Source: Amphiscolops sp. MND2022
Taxonomy: Eukaryota
Length of the DNA: 64,000 nucleotides
Reading direction: 5' to 3'
Assembly: GCA_964187785.1 (NCBI GenBank)
Contig: OZ076409.1
Span: 79,424,001-79,488,000, forward strand
Shown piece by piece: positions 49,701 through 62,049 of this stretch. A program made the position numbers and the translations under genes. Position 1 is the first letter of the stretch. Every line of letters starts with the position of its first letter. A model generated the notes under the pieces. The model had not been told where the DNA came from and ran no database searches. It saw only the letters and a list, made by a program, of their open reading frames with translations.

Positions 49701-52700
49701 CTTTCTATAAATTGCAGCAATAATTCTTTTTTAATTGCTAATCTACATACACACATGCCACGTGAGTCATTGTGCCCAACTGCTTTGTGTTACGCGTCAA
49801 AAGCCAGAGCTTGAAATAAAATGTGTAAATAAAATAATTTTTCTCCAAAAAAGCCCCCTCTTCAAACTTTTCCTATATTCCGAGCTGCTCATGCTTCAAG
49901 CGGAGTGCCGACTTTTATATGCTTCACAATTTAAACATTGTATTCTACTTAATCTACATGCATTTGTATTTCAGCTATTCTGGGGTTGCATCAAATGGTG
50001 GACCAAAGACAATACTGGGCTGCACAGACGGCCATCAAAAAAGGAGACTACCAACATAACGAAGTCTCAGGTATTTCACTTGAAGTTTTTCAACCAAACG
50101 TCATCAAATGAAGTCTTCGCTAACCCACTTTTTTCTCTACAGCGCTGATTCCACATGGTAAGTTGTGATGTCGTCGTTTGACCGGTTGGTTTTAACGATG
50201 GCGAAACTGGAAATATGAGGGCCCATCACATTAACTGTGTGAAACACTGACATGCACTCGCCATCTGGTTTTTCGTTGGCACTCATCCGCTCTAACCCAA
50301 CAATAACCTGCCTATCTCTTCGGCCTAAATTCATTGATTGGAGCCATTAACTTCAATAATTACCACAAGTTAGTAATTACAATTTTTCTCCAGCTTTTAA
50401 TTAGGTATCATTTTCCTCTTTTGGGAAAAATGTTCAATCTCATTAATAGGTTCAAAAGGTTGCTGTATGTTCCATAGAGTTTTGTGAGCGTCAAATCTTT
50501 CAGTAACCGGATTTGGTTTTTGAAACTCCTTCTAATTGCTATCACTAACAATAGAATTGCTTCACATCGGCTTTTGCTATTTCGTGTTTGCCAGCAATAT
50601 GCAGCCTGGTCGTTTTTCTAAACTGATTTTGTGAAAAACAATTTCATAAAACACCCTTTTCGATAAAACTATCAGTGAATCAGGAAAAATTCTCTGATTA
50701 TATTTGTAGTTCAACTCGAATTTAATTTTCTGTCTCAAGTCAAAAGCGTCGTTATGCTTCTCTTGATCTTTGGAAACTCTGTTTAGCAGATTAGGATATT
50801 TTTGTATTAGTTTTTATGACAAGCTGGCTGATATTTGCAGAGATGCCCTGTTTTTCTGTGCCTGCCAGTCTGGACCCCGAAGACGTGAACAAAACTGATG
50901 TTCAGCTCACCATCCAAATGGTGAAGGACAATGACCCCAACTGTACAGAGATCAACTTCAACAACATACCTGTCAGTACCCGTTCTAGCATTACTTTCAC
51001 AAGCCAAAAACAATGGATAAGAAAATTGGTTGTTGATCTTTCAGAAAATCCCCAAGTATCAATATACAGAGTTCTTGGAGGCCCTTAAAACGAACACGAA
51101 CGTTGTGAAGCTCAATCTAGCAAATACTGGAATGGATGACATTTTAGCTTATGTGAGTTTGTTTTTACTGGGTAGTTGTTCAAATTGATACCTGCATGTA
51201 TTAGTGGTAACTCTCTGAGTGATAGGAAGATAATTTGATGCTTAATTTGCTCCCTACCCGTCTTAATATATTGAGACCCGAATCATAGCAGGCCCTTGAA
51301 GCAGTTGATTCATTCCATACTCAGCAGTTGTCAAAAATGATCAAACTATTGCAACTGGTATAATGAGTATTTTTAGGCTTTGGCCGATGTGTTGGAAATG
51401 AATACTACCTTGACAAGTGTCAACATTGAAAGCAACTACGTCACAGGGCACGGAGGACTCACTGTAAGAACTGGATAATCTTACCATTTTTTTTCAACTA
51501 ATTGAACCACTTTACGACGTATTTTGATTTTAGAGAATTGCTGAGATGGTGGAGGAAAGCTTGAATATCCGCGAACTCAGATTTTGCAATCAGGTTTGGC
51601 AGTGTTCTACCGGGAATTGTAATTTTAGGGCCGTTATATGTAGATACTAAGTTTCATTGTTTTGGAAAAATTTTTTTCCGTGTTTCTTGGTTAACTTTTT
51701 TGTAACTACGATACCTGAAAAAGTTTCATCGAGTAATAATCACTTTCTAAGGAACTGTAGTTACGTGAAATTCTAATGTATGCCTCTTCTTTCTTTCAGA
51801 TTTTTGCACATTCAAATTCAAAACAATTTGTCTGGCACTATCGAGCCTTTGTGGCCTCCAGTGTGGTGACATGAATTCAAAAACGGTTCCTGGCTATTAA
51901 TCATGGGTTTGCATATACAAACGGCTTCCTACAATATTTTTCATTTCAGTACAATATTGCTGGTCAGAAATGTGAACTACGATTCGCGGAAATGCTAGAA
52001 GCGAATAAAACAATTTTGAAGTTCGGGTACAACTTTCAACTGCCAGGACCTTGCAGCAGAGCCAGAAACGCCTTGAGAAGAAACATCGAACTGAGTAGGA
52101 TTTATTCGGAATTCGTTACAATTTTTTAAAAAGAAGCATCACACCGTTATCTATTTTGAAAAAGGGACACGTCCATGGATGTTTTTTGTGTCAGTTGTTG
52201 CTTTTCTTTTCTGAAAGTTGCTGCTATGATCCACTGGTTTCATGTTTCGAAAACTAATTGAGCAAGTTCTCAACTAATGTTAACAAAAATATGAAAATGG
52301 AAAGCAAAATAATAATTGAGATTCTACAAACTTTAGATGATTAGATCAAAAATTCTAGTTTGATGTTCAAATTCTATAGTCGGGATTCATGCCAAGCAAC
52401 ATTAGATTATATTGATCACTAGCGTTATTGTGAAAAAAATGCTATCTACCGCAAGTCGAGAACAAAATAGCTAACTGAAATAGACACATTTTGTTGCACG
52501 GTTGTTTCAAAAAAAGTTGATAACTCTCTGGCAGTACATTGAGAGTTATCAACCTTTTTTGAAACAACTGTGCAACCAAATGTGTCTATTTCAGTTAGCT
52601 ATTTTGTTCTCGACTTGCGGTAGATAGCATTTTTTCACAATAACGCTAGTGATCAATATAATCTAATGTTGCTTGGCATGAATCCCGACTATAGAATTTG

Positions 52701-55700
52701 ATCATCAAACTAGAATTTTTGATCTAATCATCTAAAGTTTGTAGAATCTCAATTATTATTTTGTTTTCCATTTTCATATTTTTGTTAACATAAGTTGTGA
52801 GAACTTGCTCAATTAGTTTTCGCAAACATGAATTTCAGATGCTAGATTGCTGTTCAAAAGTGATGAACAAATGAGTCGAGTTTTAGATATTTTTTCACTT
52901 TGTCGTTCATCTCGAAGTGTCTCCAAGCGTTTAGAACATTTATGTGATGAATACTTGCTACTTTTGACCCATGATTTTAAGCTGTGGTTCTGAACTTGGT
53001 TTTAATTTTTTGATTTTTCTGCTAGGTTGCGGTTGAAAAGTGATAACCCTTTCAGTCGTGTGAATTCTGATATACGCTGTTTTTCTGTTCACATGGAACT
53101 AATTAGTCGCTTCCACATTCTCTGTCTTCGATCTCAGCTTGTCTTAGAGCACTTGAACGTCCATGTGATGAGCACTCGCTACTTTTGACCCATGATAAGC
53201 TCTGGTTCTGGACTTTTTAAATATATTTTTATTTTCCGCCCAATTATAATGGGAGAGGAAAATCATGATCTGTGTTGCACTACGATACATATGCCGCAAC
53301 GAACTAGCAAGATCTTACTAGTTCGTTGCGGCATATGTTTCGTAATGTGCGTTTTTATTTTCCGCCCACATATAATGGGGGAGGAAAATCATGATCTGTG
53401 TTGTTATTTTCCGCCCACATATAATGGGGGAAGAAAATCATGATCTGTGTTGCGTTTTTTTTTACAAATTCTGCCAAATCTCCACGATCTCCATAAATAG
53501 TCGAGTAACTAAAATAGTCAAGTAGTGGATAGTCAAGTCCGTTTTTTTCTAGCTCAGTTTTATGTGGTATGATGCAGAAAACAATCCAATTCGTGGATAA
53601 AAACAGAAGAACAAGGCGGAAAATATCCCGGTGCTTACCGGGCGTTTTGTTTTTTTTTTGACTTTTGATGCTAGGTTGCTGCTACAAAGTTTGACAATTT
53701 CAGTCGTGTAAAGCTGATCTTCGCTGTGGTCAGCTTTTGTGGGTTTTGATCACATGGACTCGAGCTTCAGATATTTTTTGCACTTTATCTTCTATCTCAA
53801 TTTGCCTCCGAGCGCATTGAACGTCCATGTGATGAATACTTCCTACGTCCGACTCATGATGTTAAGCTGTGGTTCTGAACTTGTTCGTGTATTTTTATTA
53901 TTTTCTGATGCTAGGGTTTCTGTTGAAAAGCGATGACGATTTCAGTCGTGTAAATCCTGATAAACGTTGTGCTTTTCTGATCACATGAAGCAAATGACTC
54001 GAGCTTCAGGCATTTTTACACTTGCGATAAGCAAGTGTTATGATGAAGTGCGGGTGATTTTTCCGCGCGAGAACTCTCCTTTCAGCCGGCAAATCGCACA
54101 CAGTTCAGGCGTTCGTGATCTAGTGGTAAGATGCTTTGCTTTTCAACCCAAAGGGTTCGTGTTCGAACCGGTGCATATGCGCTAATTTTTAATATTTCTG
54201 CGATAGCAGGAATATTATTGAAATATCAAGAATCCAACTTTTTTTCAGTACAATTATCAAGATATTGAGTACCTACCAAAAAATTCAGGTGAATCGTTCG
54301 GCAGTGAGTTGTAAGCGTGAGAATTCAATTTCTCAAGCTGCCGACAACAATTCCTTTCTCGTGCGATGGAACGAACGAGTGGTAATTATTCGTCCGCCGA
54401 GAGCTTCGCCTGCATTTAAATGCGAATGCGAAACTTCGTCTACGCTCAGTAGTTGTATATTTTTCAATCCGAGAAGAATTGAAGGCGGTGTAAACTTGTA
54501 GAGTGAATAATTGTGCGCTATATAATTGATCAAGATATGATTCTATTATTGAATATGAAAGCCTGAAAGCAGAAATTTTTTATACACGGATTCCGAAGCA
54601 GGTTTCCACTTGTTTCGGCACTATGAGGCCTCCCCCTTTCGGCTTTGAGACTTTTTTCCGAAAGTTTTGTAACCTCCCCTCAATTTTTTTGATATTTTCA
54701 ACAGAACGAATGGTAAACAATTCTAAAGGGTCCCTTCTTTCAGATTTTTTGGCACTATCAGACTGTTCAAAATTCTCGAAACGAAACGTTTTGCGAGCAT
54801 AAAGGACCCCTCAGGGTTTTCCTCACTATGTGACTTACCGGCAGTAAAAAAATTCGTCAGTTTTTCTTTTTTCAATGGTTTTGGTTGGGGAAGATGGGTT
54901 TTTTGCTGTTTCCAGTTGGCTAAAATGGTTTTCGAGTATATGCGGCCCCTTTGGGTTTTTAATGTCCTTTTACCCTTCGTTCTCCGTATGTTATTGATTA
55001 TTTGGTTTTCTCTTCAAAGTTCGCAACTTCACAAATCTTTGCGGAGCATGGCTTCGCCTCTTTTACATTGTCGTTCATCTCGAATTGCCTCCAAGCGCTT
55101 ATAACGTCCAGGTGATGAAAACTTGCCATTTTTGACACATGATTTTAAGCTGTGGTTTTGAACCTGTTTTTATATGTATATATATTTTCATTTTTGCTTC
55201 TGATGCTGCGTTGCTTCTGAAAAGGGATGACGATTTCAGTTGTGTGAATCCTGATATACGCTGTGGTTTTCTGATCACATGGAGCAATTGAGTCGTGCTT
55301 TAGATATTTTTTCACATTGTCGTTCATTTCGAATTGCCTCCAAGCGCTTGGAACATCCATGTGATGAATACTTGCTACTTTTGACCCATGATTTTAAGCT
55401 GTGGTTCTGAACTTGGTTTTATTAATTTTGATTTTTCTGCTAGGTTGCTGTTGAAAAGTATGACGATTTCAGTCGTGTGAATCCTGATATACGCTGTGAT
55501 TTTCTGATCACATGGAGCAAATGAGTCGTGCTTTAGATATTTTTTCACATTCTCGTTCATCTCGAATTGCCTCCAATCGCTTAGAACATCCATGTGATGA
55601 ATACTTGCTACTTTTGACCCATGATTTTAAGCTGTGGTTCTGAACTTTTTATATATTTGATTTTTCTGCTAGGTTGCTGTTGAAAAGTGATGACGATTTC

Positions 55701-58700
55701 AGTCGTGTGAATCCTGATAAATGCTGTGGTTTTCTGATCACATGGAAAAAATGACTCGAGCTTCAGATATTTTTTTACCTAGACGTTCATTTTGAAATGC
55801 CTCCAAGCGCTTAGCGCTTAGAACATCCATGTGATGAATACTTGCTACTTTTGACCCATGATTTTAAGCTGTGGTTCTGAACTTTTCATATATTTTTGAT
55901 TTTTCTGCTAGGTTGCTGTTGAAAAGTGATTACGATTTCAGTCGTGTGAATCCTGATATATGCTGTGGTTTTCTGATCACATGGAGAAAATGACTCGAGC
56001 TTCAGATATTTTTTTACCTAGTCGTTCGTTTCGAATTGCCTCCAAGCGCTTAGAACATTCATGTGATGAATACTTGCTACTTTTGACCCATGATTTTAAG
56101 CTGTGGTTCTGAACTTGGTTTTATTATTTTTGATTTTTCTGCTAGGTTGCTGTTGAAAAGTATGACGATTTCAGTCGTGTGAATCCTGATATACGCTGTG
56201 ATTTTCTGATCACATGGAGCAAATGAGTCGTGCTTTAGATATTTTTTCACATTCTCGTTCATCTCGAATTGCCTCCAATCGCTTAGAACATCCATGTGAT
56301 GAATACTTGCTACTTTTGACCCATGATTTTAAGCTGTGGTTCTGAACTTTTTATATATTTGATTTTTCTGCTAGGTTGCTGTTGAAAAGTGATGACGATT
56401 TCAGTCGTGTGAATCCTGATAAATGCTGTGGTTTTCTGATCACATGGAAAAAATGACTCGAGCTTCAGATATTTTTTTACCTAGACGTTCATTTTGAAAT
56501 GCCTCCAAGCGCTTAGCGCTTAGAACATCCATGTGATGAATACTTGCCCATGATTTTAAGCTGTGGTTCTGAACTTTTCATATATTTTTGATTTTTCTGC
56601 TAGGTTGCTGTTGAAAAGTGATGACGATTTCAGTCGTGTGAATCCTGATATATGCTGTGGTTTTCTGATCACATGGAGAAAATGACTCGAGCTTCAGATA
56701 TTTTTTTACCTAGTCGTTCGTTTCGAATTGCCTCCAAGCGCTTAGAACATTCATGTGATGAATACTTGCTACTTTTGACCCATGATTTTAAGCTGTGGTT
56801 CTGAACTTGGTTTTAATTTTTTGATTTTTCTGCTAGGTTGCTGCTGAAAAGTGATGACGATTTCAGTCGTGTGAATCCTGATATATGCTGTGGTTTTCTG
56901 ATCACATGGAGAAAATGACTCGAGCTTCAGATATTTTTTTACCTAGACGTTCATTTTGAAATGCCTCCAAGCGCTTAGCGCTTAGAACATCCATGTGATG
57001 AATACTTGCCCATGATTTTAAGCTGTGGTTCTGAACTTTTCATATATTTTTGATTTTTCTGCTAGGTTGCTGTTGAAAAGTGATGACGATTTCAGTCGTG
57101 TGAATCCTGATATATGCTGTGGTTTTCTGATCACATGGAGAAAATGACTCGAGCTTCAGATATTTTTTTACCTAGTCGTTCGTTTCGAATTGCCTCCAAG
57201 CGCTTAGAACATTCATGTGATGAATACTTGCTACTTTTGACCCATGATTTTAAGCTGTGGTTCTGAACTTGGTTTTAATTTTTTGATTTTTCTGCTAGGT
57301 TGCTGCTGAAAAGTGATGACGATTTCAGTCGTGTGAATCCTGATATATGCTGTGGTTTTCTGATCACATGGAGAAAATGACTCGAGCTTCAGATATTTTT
57401 TTTACCTAGTCGTTCATTTCGAATTGCCTCCAAGCGCTTAGAACATCCATGTGATGAATACTTGCTACTTTTGACACATGATTTTAAGCTGTGGTTCTGA
57501 ACTTTTTCTATATTTTTATTTCTGATGCTAAGTTGCTGCTTGAAAATAAAAGAACGATTTCCGTCGTGTGAATCCTGATAGTGTTAAACAAGTTTTTTTC
57601 TTGACTTGCCTCCGTCCGCTTAAATATTCTGTCCATGTGATGACGTCATGCGCTATGTGTGTTGTTAAAAATGTATGGATCTTGGTCGAGTGAGTCTTGA
57701 ATTTTGCTGTTATTTGACTTTCTAGATTTCATTTCTGTTTCCCCAAAAGTCTTGGATTCTGTTTTGATCAGCTCGATCTTGATCCGATAATTTTGCTCTG
57801 TGTTTTGGACATTCTCTTTTCTTTGGAAGAGTCAAACGAAATTGAGTAAATTAACCTTTGGCAAACGTGATGGTAAATTTCGGTATATTGAGTGAATTCT
57901 TATGGTTAGCTGTGGATTTTATTCCTCGTTACGTCTTAATGCAAGCTGTCATTTAATGAATACCTTCTGTTTATTCCTTATCTAGGGCAATATAAAATGT
58001 CTAATTTGGTTCAAAAAATCCATAAACTAGAGTCTCACTTTTCAGTATATCAAAGGATTTTTAGTTTGACAATTTCAGTGTTAGCAAACCAAATTTAGTT
58101 TCAATTGTCCGTGAAATAAATTCCATGAAGACCGCAAAATGTTGTTTGTCATTAGACCGAAGGATTGCACGTGGGGAAGTTGATGACCCCGTGAAAGAGA
58201 AGAAACCAAATCCTAAAATTCGAGACGACCTTTTGATCCAACTCGCCGAGAAGAAGCGACAGAACATTGCTGCTTTGCGGCGAAAAATTATTGAACTCGA
58301 GAAGGCAGGACTGGACAAGGAAGTTCCGGTCAGAAAGCCAGTGAAACTGACCCCAAATCATATTCGTCGACAGAGGGCCAAAATGGGAATTGTCTCTAAT
58401 GGTACGCAGCTTTTTTCTTTCCAAGCCGAGATATGGAGGTTTTTCTCTTCCTTCTTCTGGAAGAACTGTCTGAAGTCAATAAGAAAAATAGAAATTTTCA
58501 CATTTTTCACTTCAAGTAAGACTCATCTTTTTTTGAAAATTGAAAGGTCTACTTTTTCTGTGGTACTGTGTTAGAACGATCTCTTCGTTGAAAATGCTCT
58601 CGAAATTTACGTCGTAGTTTTTCTTTGCAGCAATTGACGATGCGTTGAAATCTAACTCGGACAATGAGGAAGAAAAAGAGAAGGATTCGGAAGAGAAGGA

Positions 58701-60480
58701 AAAAACCGACGAAGAGAAAGAAGACGAAGAGGCAGAAAAGGTAAATGGAATGTTTTTCCAAATTGTGCCTTTTTCATTGGCGAGGTTCACTTTTTCTCCA
58801 GTCCCGTCTTTTGTGACCTCGTGGTTTTCAAACTTTTATTCAAAACCCCTAAACTATGATGATGGATACGCATTTGATTCAATTCAAAAGACTCTTGTTC
58901 TGACCTTTTGTTCTGGCTTCATGCTTTTTTGAAGGAATACTTGGAAAAATGAAAAACGCATTTCTTTTAGTTCTTTATCTCGGAACTGAGAATAAACATC
59001 GTAAATGGCTTCATTTCAGGAATTCTTGATGTTTGCTTAGCAGTGTTTCTCGTTTCCAGTTTTGCAAGCTCAATATCTTCATACTGGAGATAGTTGCAGC
59101 AATCAAATGCACACATCCAAGAGGCAGAATAATGGGCTACATTTGAGTTGAAAACAAATCGGCGTCATGCGTTTTTTGACAAAAACGAGTTTCTTCTACT
59201 TTGATGTCCCTTATCGCGAAAGTGAGGATAGATGCGTCAAAATGTTTTCACTTCTGATGGTGCCAGGCTCTACATCGTTTTGACCTACGTTACAATGTGC
59301 TGAAGTTGTGTTTTTGGTAGAAAACTCGAAGTTTCAATTTTCCTTTAGTTTTCCACTTTTGTCTGCTTGATATCATTAAATTTAAGTTGAACTTCAGTTG
59401 TTGAAGCAACTGACGCTAAAGCAACCATGTACACAACCATTCAAAACTTCAGAAGTGTTAGTTTAGAAAGTATCTCAAAAAATTCGGCTTCGTGCTTTTT
59501 TTGACGGTAGAGACTTGAACATATTGAATGGTTAATTCAACAAGTGAATTTTTGCGAGTCTTGCGCCTATGTTTTGAAATTCTGTGAAACGATTATTTTA
59601 TGTGATAATCGCATTTCTTGAATGATGCATATTGTCTGTGTAGGAAGATGGGCAAAAGGGCGAGGATGAAGAAGACGGAGAAAAAGAGGAGAAAGAAGAT
59701 GAAGAAGAAAAAGAGGATGAAGTAAGTAGCACAGTGTTCATTCTATTTGACATAACTGTTTTGACATTATTCTGTTGCTTTTCGTAATTTTCCAAAATGT
59801 ATCCCAGCTCATTGAGTGAAACAATTCCGTTCATTCAAGGTAACAGATGATACTATTCTGCTTTTGCATGTTTATTCCCCGAATAGTCTAAAAACATTGA
59901 AGTTTAGCCTGTTTTATTCCGAAACAGTTCTCATGGAAAAAATCATGAGGATATCAAGTTTTAGACAGCACTGATCAGTCAAACCGACCTTTATGATATG
60001 ATTTTACAGGAGGAAGACGAGAAAGAGGATCAAAAGGAAGACGAAGGAGAAGCAAAAGATGATGGAAATGAAGTAGAAGATGAAAATGAAGACGACGAGG
60101 CGAAGAATAAAGAAGACGACGAAAAAGATGAGAATGAAGATGAAGATGGCGACGACGAAGCTGAGGAAAAAGATGAAGAAGCCGAAGAAAAAGACGAAAA
60201 CGCAGAGCAAGAAGGCGAAGCTGAGGAAGAAGCCGAAGAAAAAGACGAAGACGCAGAGGAAGACGCCGAAGAAAAAGACGAAGACGCAGAGCAAGAAGAC
60301 GACGCTGAGGAAGAAGCCGAAGAAAAAGACGAAGACGCAGAGGAAGAAAACGAAGAAGCCGAGGAAAAAGATGAAGACGAAGAAGCCGAGGAAAAAGATG
60401 AAGCAGAAGAAAAAGACGAAGCCGAGGAAAATGAAGAAGAATCAGAGGAAGATGAAGACGACGAAGAAGAGGAAGATTGA
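46781..60480 (+). CDS. TMOD: Tropomodulin/leiomodin-family actin-binding protein, 14 coding exons, 660 aa: 46781-46927, 49269-49422, 49560-49694, 49975-50070, 50143-50157, 50841-50971, 51045-51152, 51377-51463, 51534-51593, 51950-52094, 58156-58401, 58631-58740, 59644-59721, 60010-60480
   Basis: All introns are GT-AG and phases are consistent (1983 nt total). Tropomodulin motifs: LDDLDPE/NNALPA, VPYTGEKKGKIW, DLASILGLHQM, NDPNCTEINFNNI, LTSVNIESNYVTG, LKFGYNFQLPGP, NALRRNIELNRR. Exons 1-10 are high confidence; joining of exons 11-14 rests on splice sites and frame only. Confidence 0.88.
47690..48425. repeat. Interspersed repeat in intron 1 with internal tandem subrepeats and a fold-back centred at ~47991
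   Basis: TTCGAATCGTATG(G/A)ACAGTTTT repeated; perfect inverted repeat at 47953-48029, imperfectly extending to ~47880-48095. Confidence 0.75.
48480..48990 (+). mobile_element. Degenerate Tc1-family transposase fragment in intron 1
   Basis: NVRRVLKEAGMK..KKK and FLEDNDPKNMSRLVREWF...IGWPPPLPNLNSTEHL resemble the Tc1 motifs QQDNDPKH and WPxQSPDLNPIEHLW. Confidence 0.7.
52241..52830. repeat. Long near-perfect palindrome (~288-bp arms, ~12-nt loop) in intron 10
   Basis: CATGTTTCGAAAACTAATTGAGC...GATAACTCTC, loop, GAGAGTTATC...GCTCAATTAGTTTTCGCAAACATG; few mismatches. Confidence 0.95.
53231..53650 (+). mobile_element. Helentron/DINE-like element with a triplicated 5' head, inserted in the satellite
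   Basis: ATTTTCCGCCCA...GGAAAATCATGATCTGTGTTG three times; 3' GCGGAAAATATCCCGGTGCTTACCGGG hairpin; T-run insertion site; same family as 4072-4308. Confidence 0.7.
53278..53347. mobile_element. 70-bp fully palindromic CACTA-type mini-element
   Basis: CACTACGATACATATGCCGCAAC...GTTGCGGCATATGTTTCGTAATG with TG duplicated on both sides; the empty site GATCTGTGTTGCGTTTTT is present at ~53442. Confidence 0.8.
54109..54182 (+). pseudogene. tRNA-Gly-like degenerate sequence inside an inserted repeat (~54030-55050)
   Basis: GCGTTCGTGATCTAGTGGTAAGAT (A box) and GTTCGAACC (B box); stems pair imperfectly. Confidence 0.5.
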
Positions 60481-62049
60481 ATTTAAAGTGCTGGCAACTT
60501 CTCAAAGACTAACAGTGTATTTTGCAAGCAGAATGATAAGTGAATAATGACGTCCATCATTTGTTGATGAATTGCAGTAAATTCGGAGTAGATGGCAATC
60601 TGGTCATTCTCTTGAACTCTGTGCAGGGCAAAAAGTATTTTTACAGCTTGCTGTTGAGTTGCGCTTATGTAACCTTACTTCTATTTTGTTCGTTTATCAC
60701 GCTTCAACTGAATGAAAATTGAAATGAATATTTATTTAAATAGTTAGCTAATTGATCATTTCATTTGCAATTCAAATCTACACTTTCATTTTGTATATCC
60801 CTACTTTCCTCCAAGTTATTCATTCCTGTCTTGAATTAGACAACATCCAAGGTCAAGTTGACCGCGCAAGACTTGAAAGTGTTAGCGTATCTACACAAAA
60901 TAGAACAATATAAGCAACCACCTAAAGGCAGCTGCGGCTTATAATGCACAATTCTTAAGCAGTTTGCCTCACCTGGAAAAAATCAACTTCATTGTTATAA
61001 ATTTTTCGCGAGTTAAGGAAATGTCCTTTGAAAATCATGGCAAAATTTAACGATCTAGGTGGTTAATTTGTTCGAGGAAATTGTTCACGGTATGATCTTC
61101 GCATTCTGAGACACGATTTTCGTAAAAATTATCATGCACGCTTAGCACATGCAATATTGATCACATACGAAACTAGAGTAGAAATGCCCTCAAAAGGCTC
61201 AAGAATTTAAGCAATCACCCTCGTTAAATGAGGTGTTTATGACATAATTTGGCTGTAATATATATATCAGTTTAATGTACATTGCAGGGTTGATATGGAT
61301 ACTTCTCTCATGCAGAACCTTGATTTTGAAAATACCAAAAAATGCCCTTGAAGCTCTCAACATGGGCGAGCTAAGGTTAAGAAAATCATGATTTCAAAAA
61401 GAAGACACTGAAAATTGAAGTGCATACTGTCCAATAAACAATATCTTGAAAAACAATACTGCAGAACGAGTTGACTGGAAATTTTGAAATAGAACTCTCA
61501 CATGGCAAGTGAAACATTAAGATTTTCTGTGATTAGGGAGCTAAACCGTCATTGATGTAAGCTTAGTTGGGCAATGTTAGAATTTGTTCGGATGGTAGCC
61601 ATCTGAATATTAAAAATGAAACCTATACCATGAGAAAGTTGACTCAATCTATTGTCATCCCGCAGTGGACATACTTAGCGTTTCTATGGGGACAATCACA
61701 AATTTCTGAATTCAACGTTGTGTTTGGAAAAACTAGAATTAATTGTCCAAAGTTCGTGGCCCCAAGGAAAAAAATGATAAAAACTGACTTTCAGACAAAA
61801 GGATGCTTTTACTCGGCGCTTTTTGCGAAACAGAAAATGCCCGACTTTGACAGTGAGTTTTTAGTTAGCGCTTTTCTAGTGAAAAGGTCGTGACTATTAC
61901 AGTGGCTTGTTTCCTTTCGTAAGGCCAAAAAGCTCATTTTATTTACCACAATTTGTGCACTTGCACCATAAGTACTTAACATGTCATGATTCCCATCATG
62001 AAATCTGGGAGGATTCTACAAGAATCACTGGACCTACTCAGAAACGGAT

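Larger units (their letters stand above)
52850..57580. repeat. Intronic satellite, ~222-240-bp monomers (~14 copies); homogeneous in 55050-57580, degenerate and interrupted upstream
   Basis: CATGTGATGAATACTTGC...GCTGTGGTTCTGAAC recurs at about 55358, 55591, 55828, 56060, 56293, 56530, 56752, 56992, 57214 and 57448, with older copies near 52942, 53162, 53826 and 55110. Confidence 0.95.

Noticed and set aside
55145..56295. Repeated 71-72-aa minus-strand ORFs
   Set aside because: By-products of the satellite monomer; broken in other copies.
60080..60547. Lys/Thr-rich 155-aa ORF and the antisense Leu/Arg- and Phe-rich ORFs
   Set aside because: Alternative-frame shadows of the purine-rich acidic exon; the splice phase supports the Glu/Asp frame.
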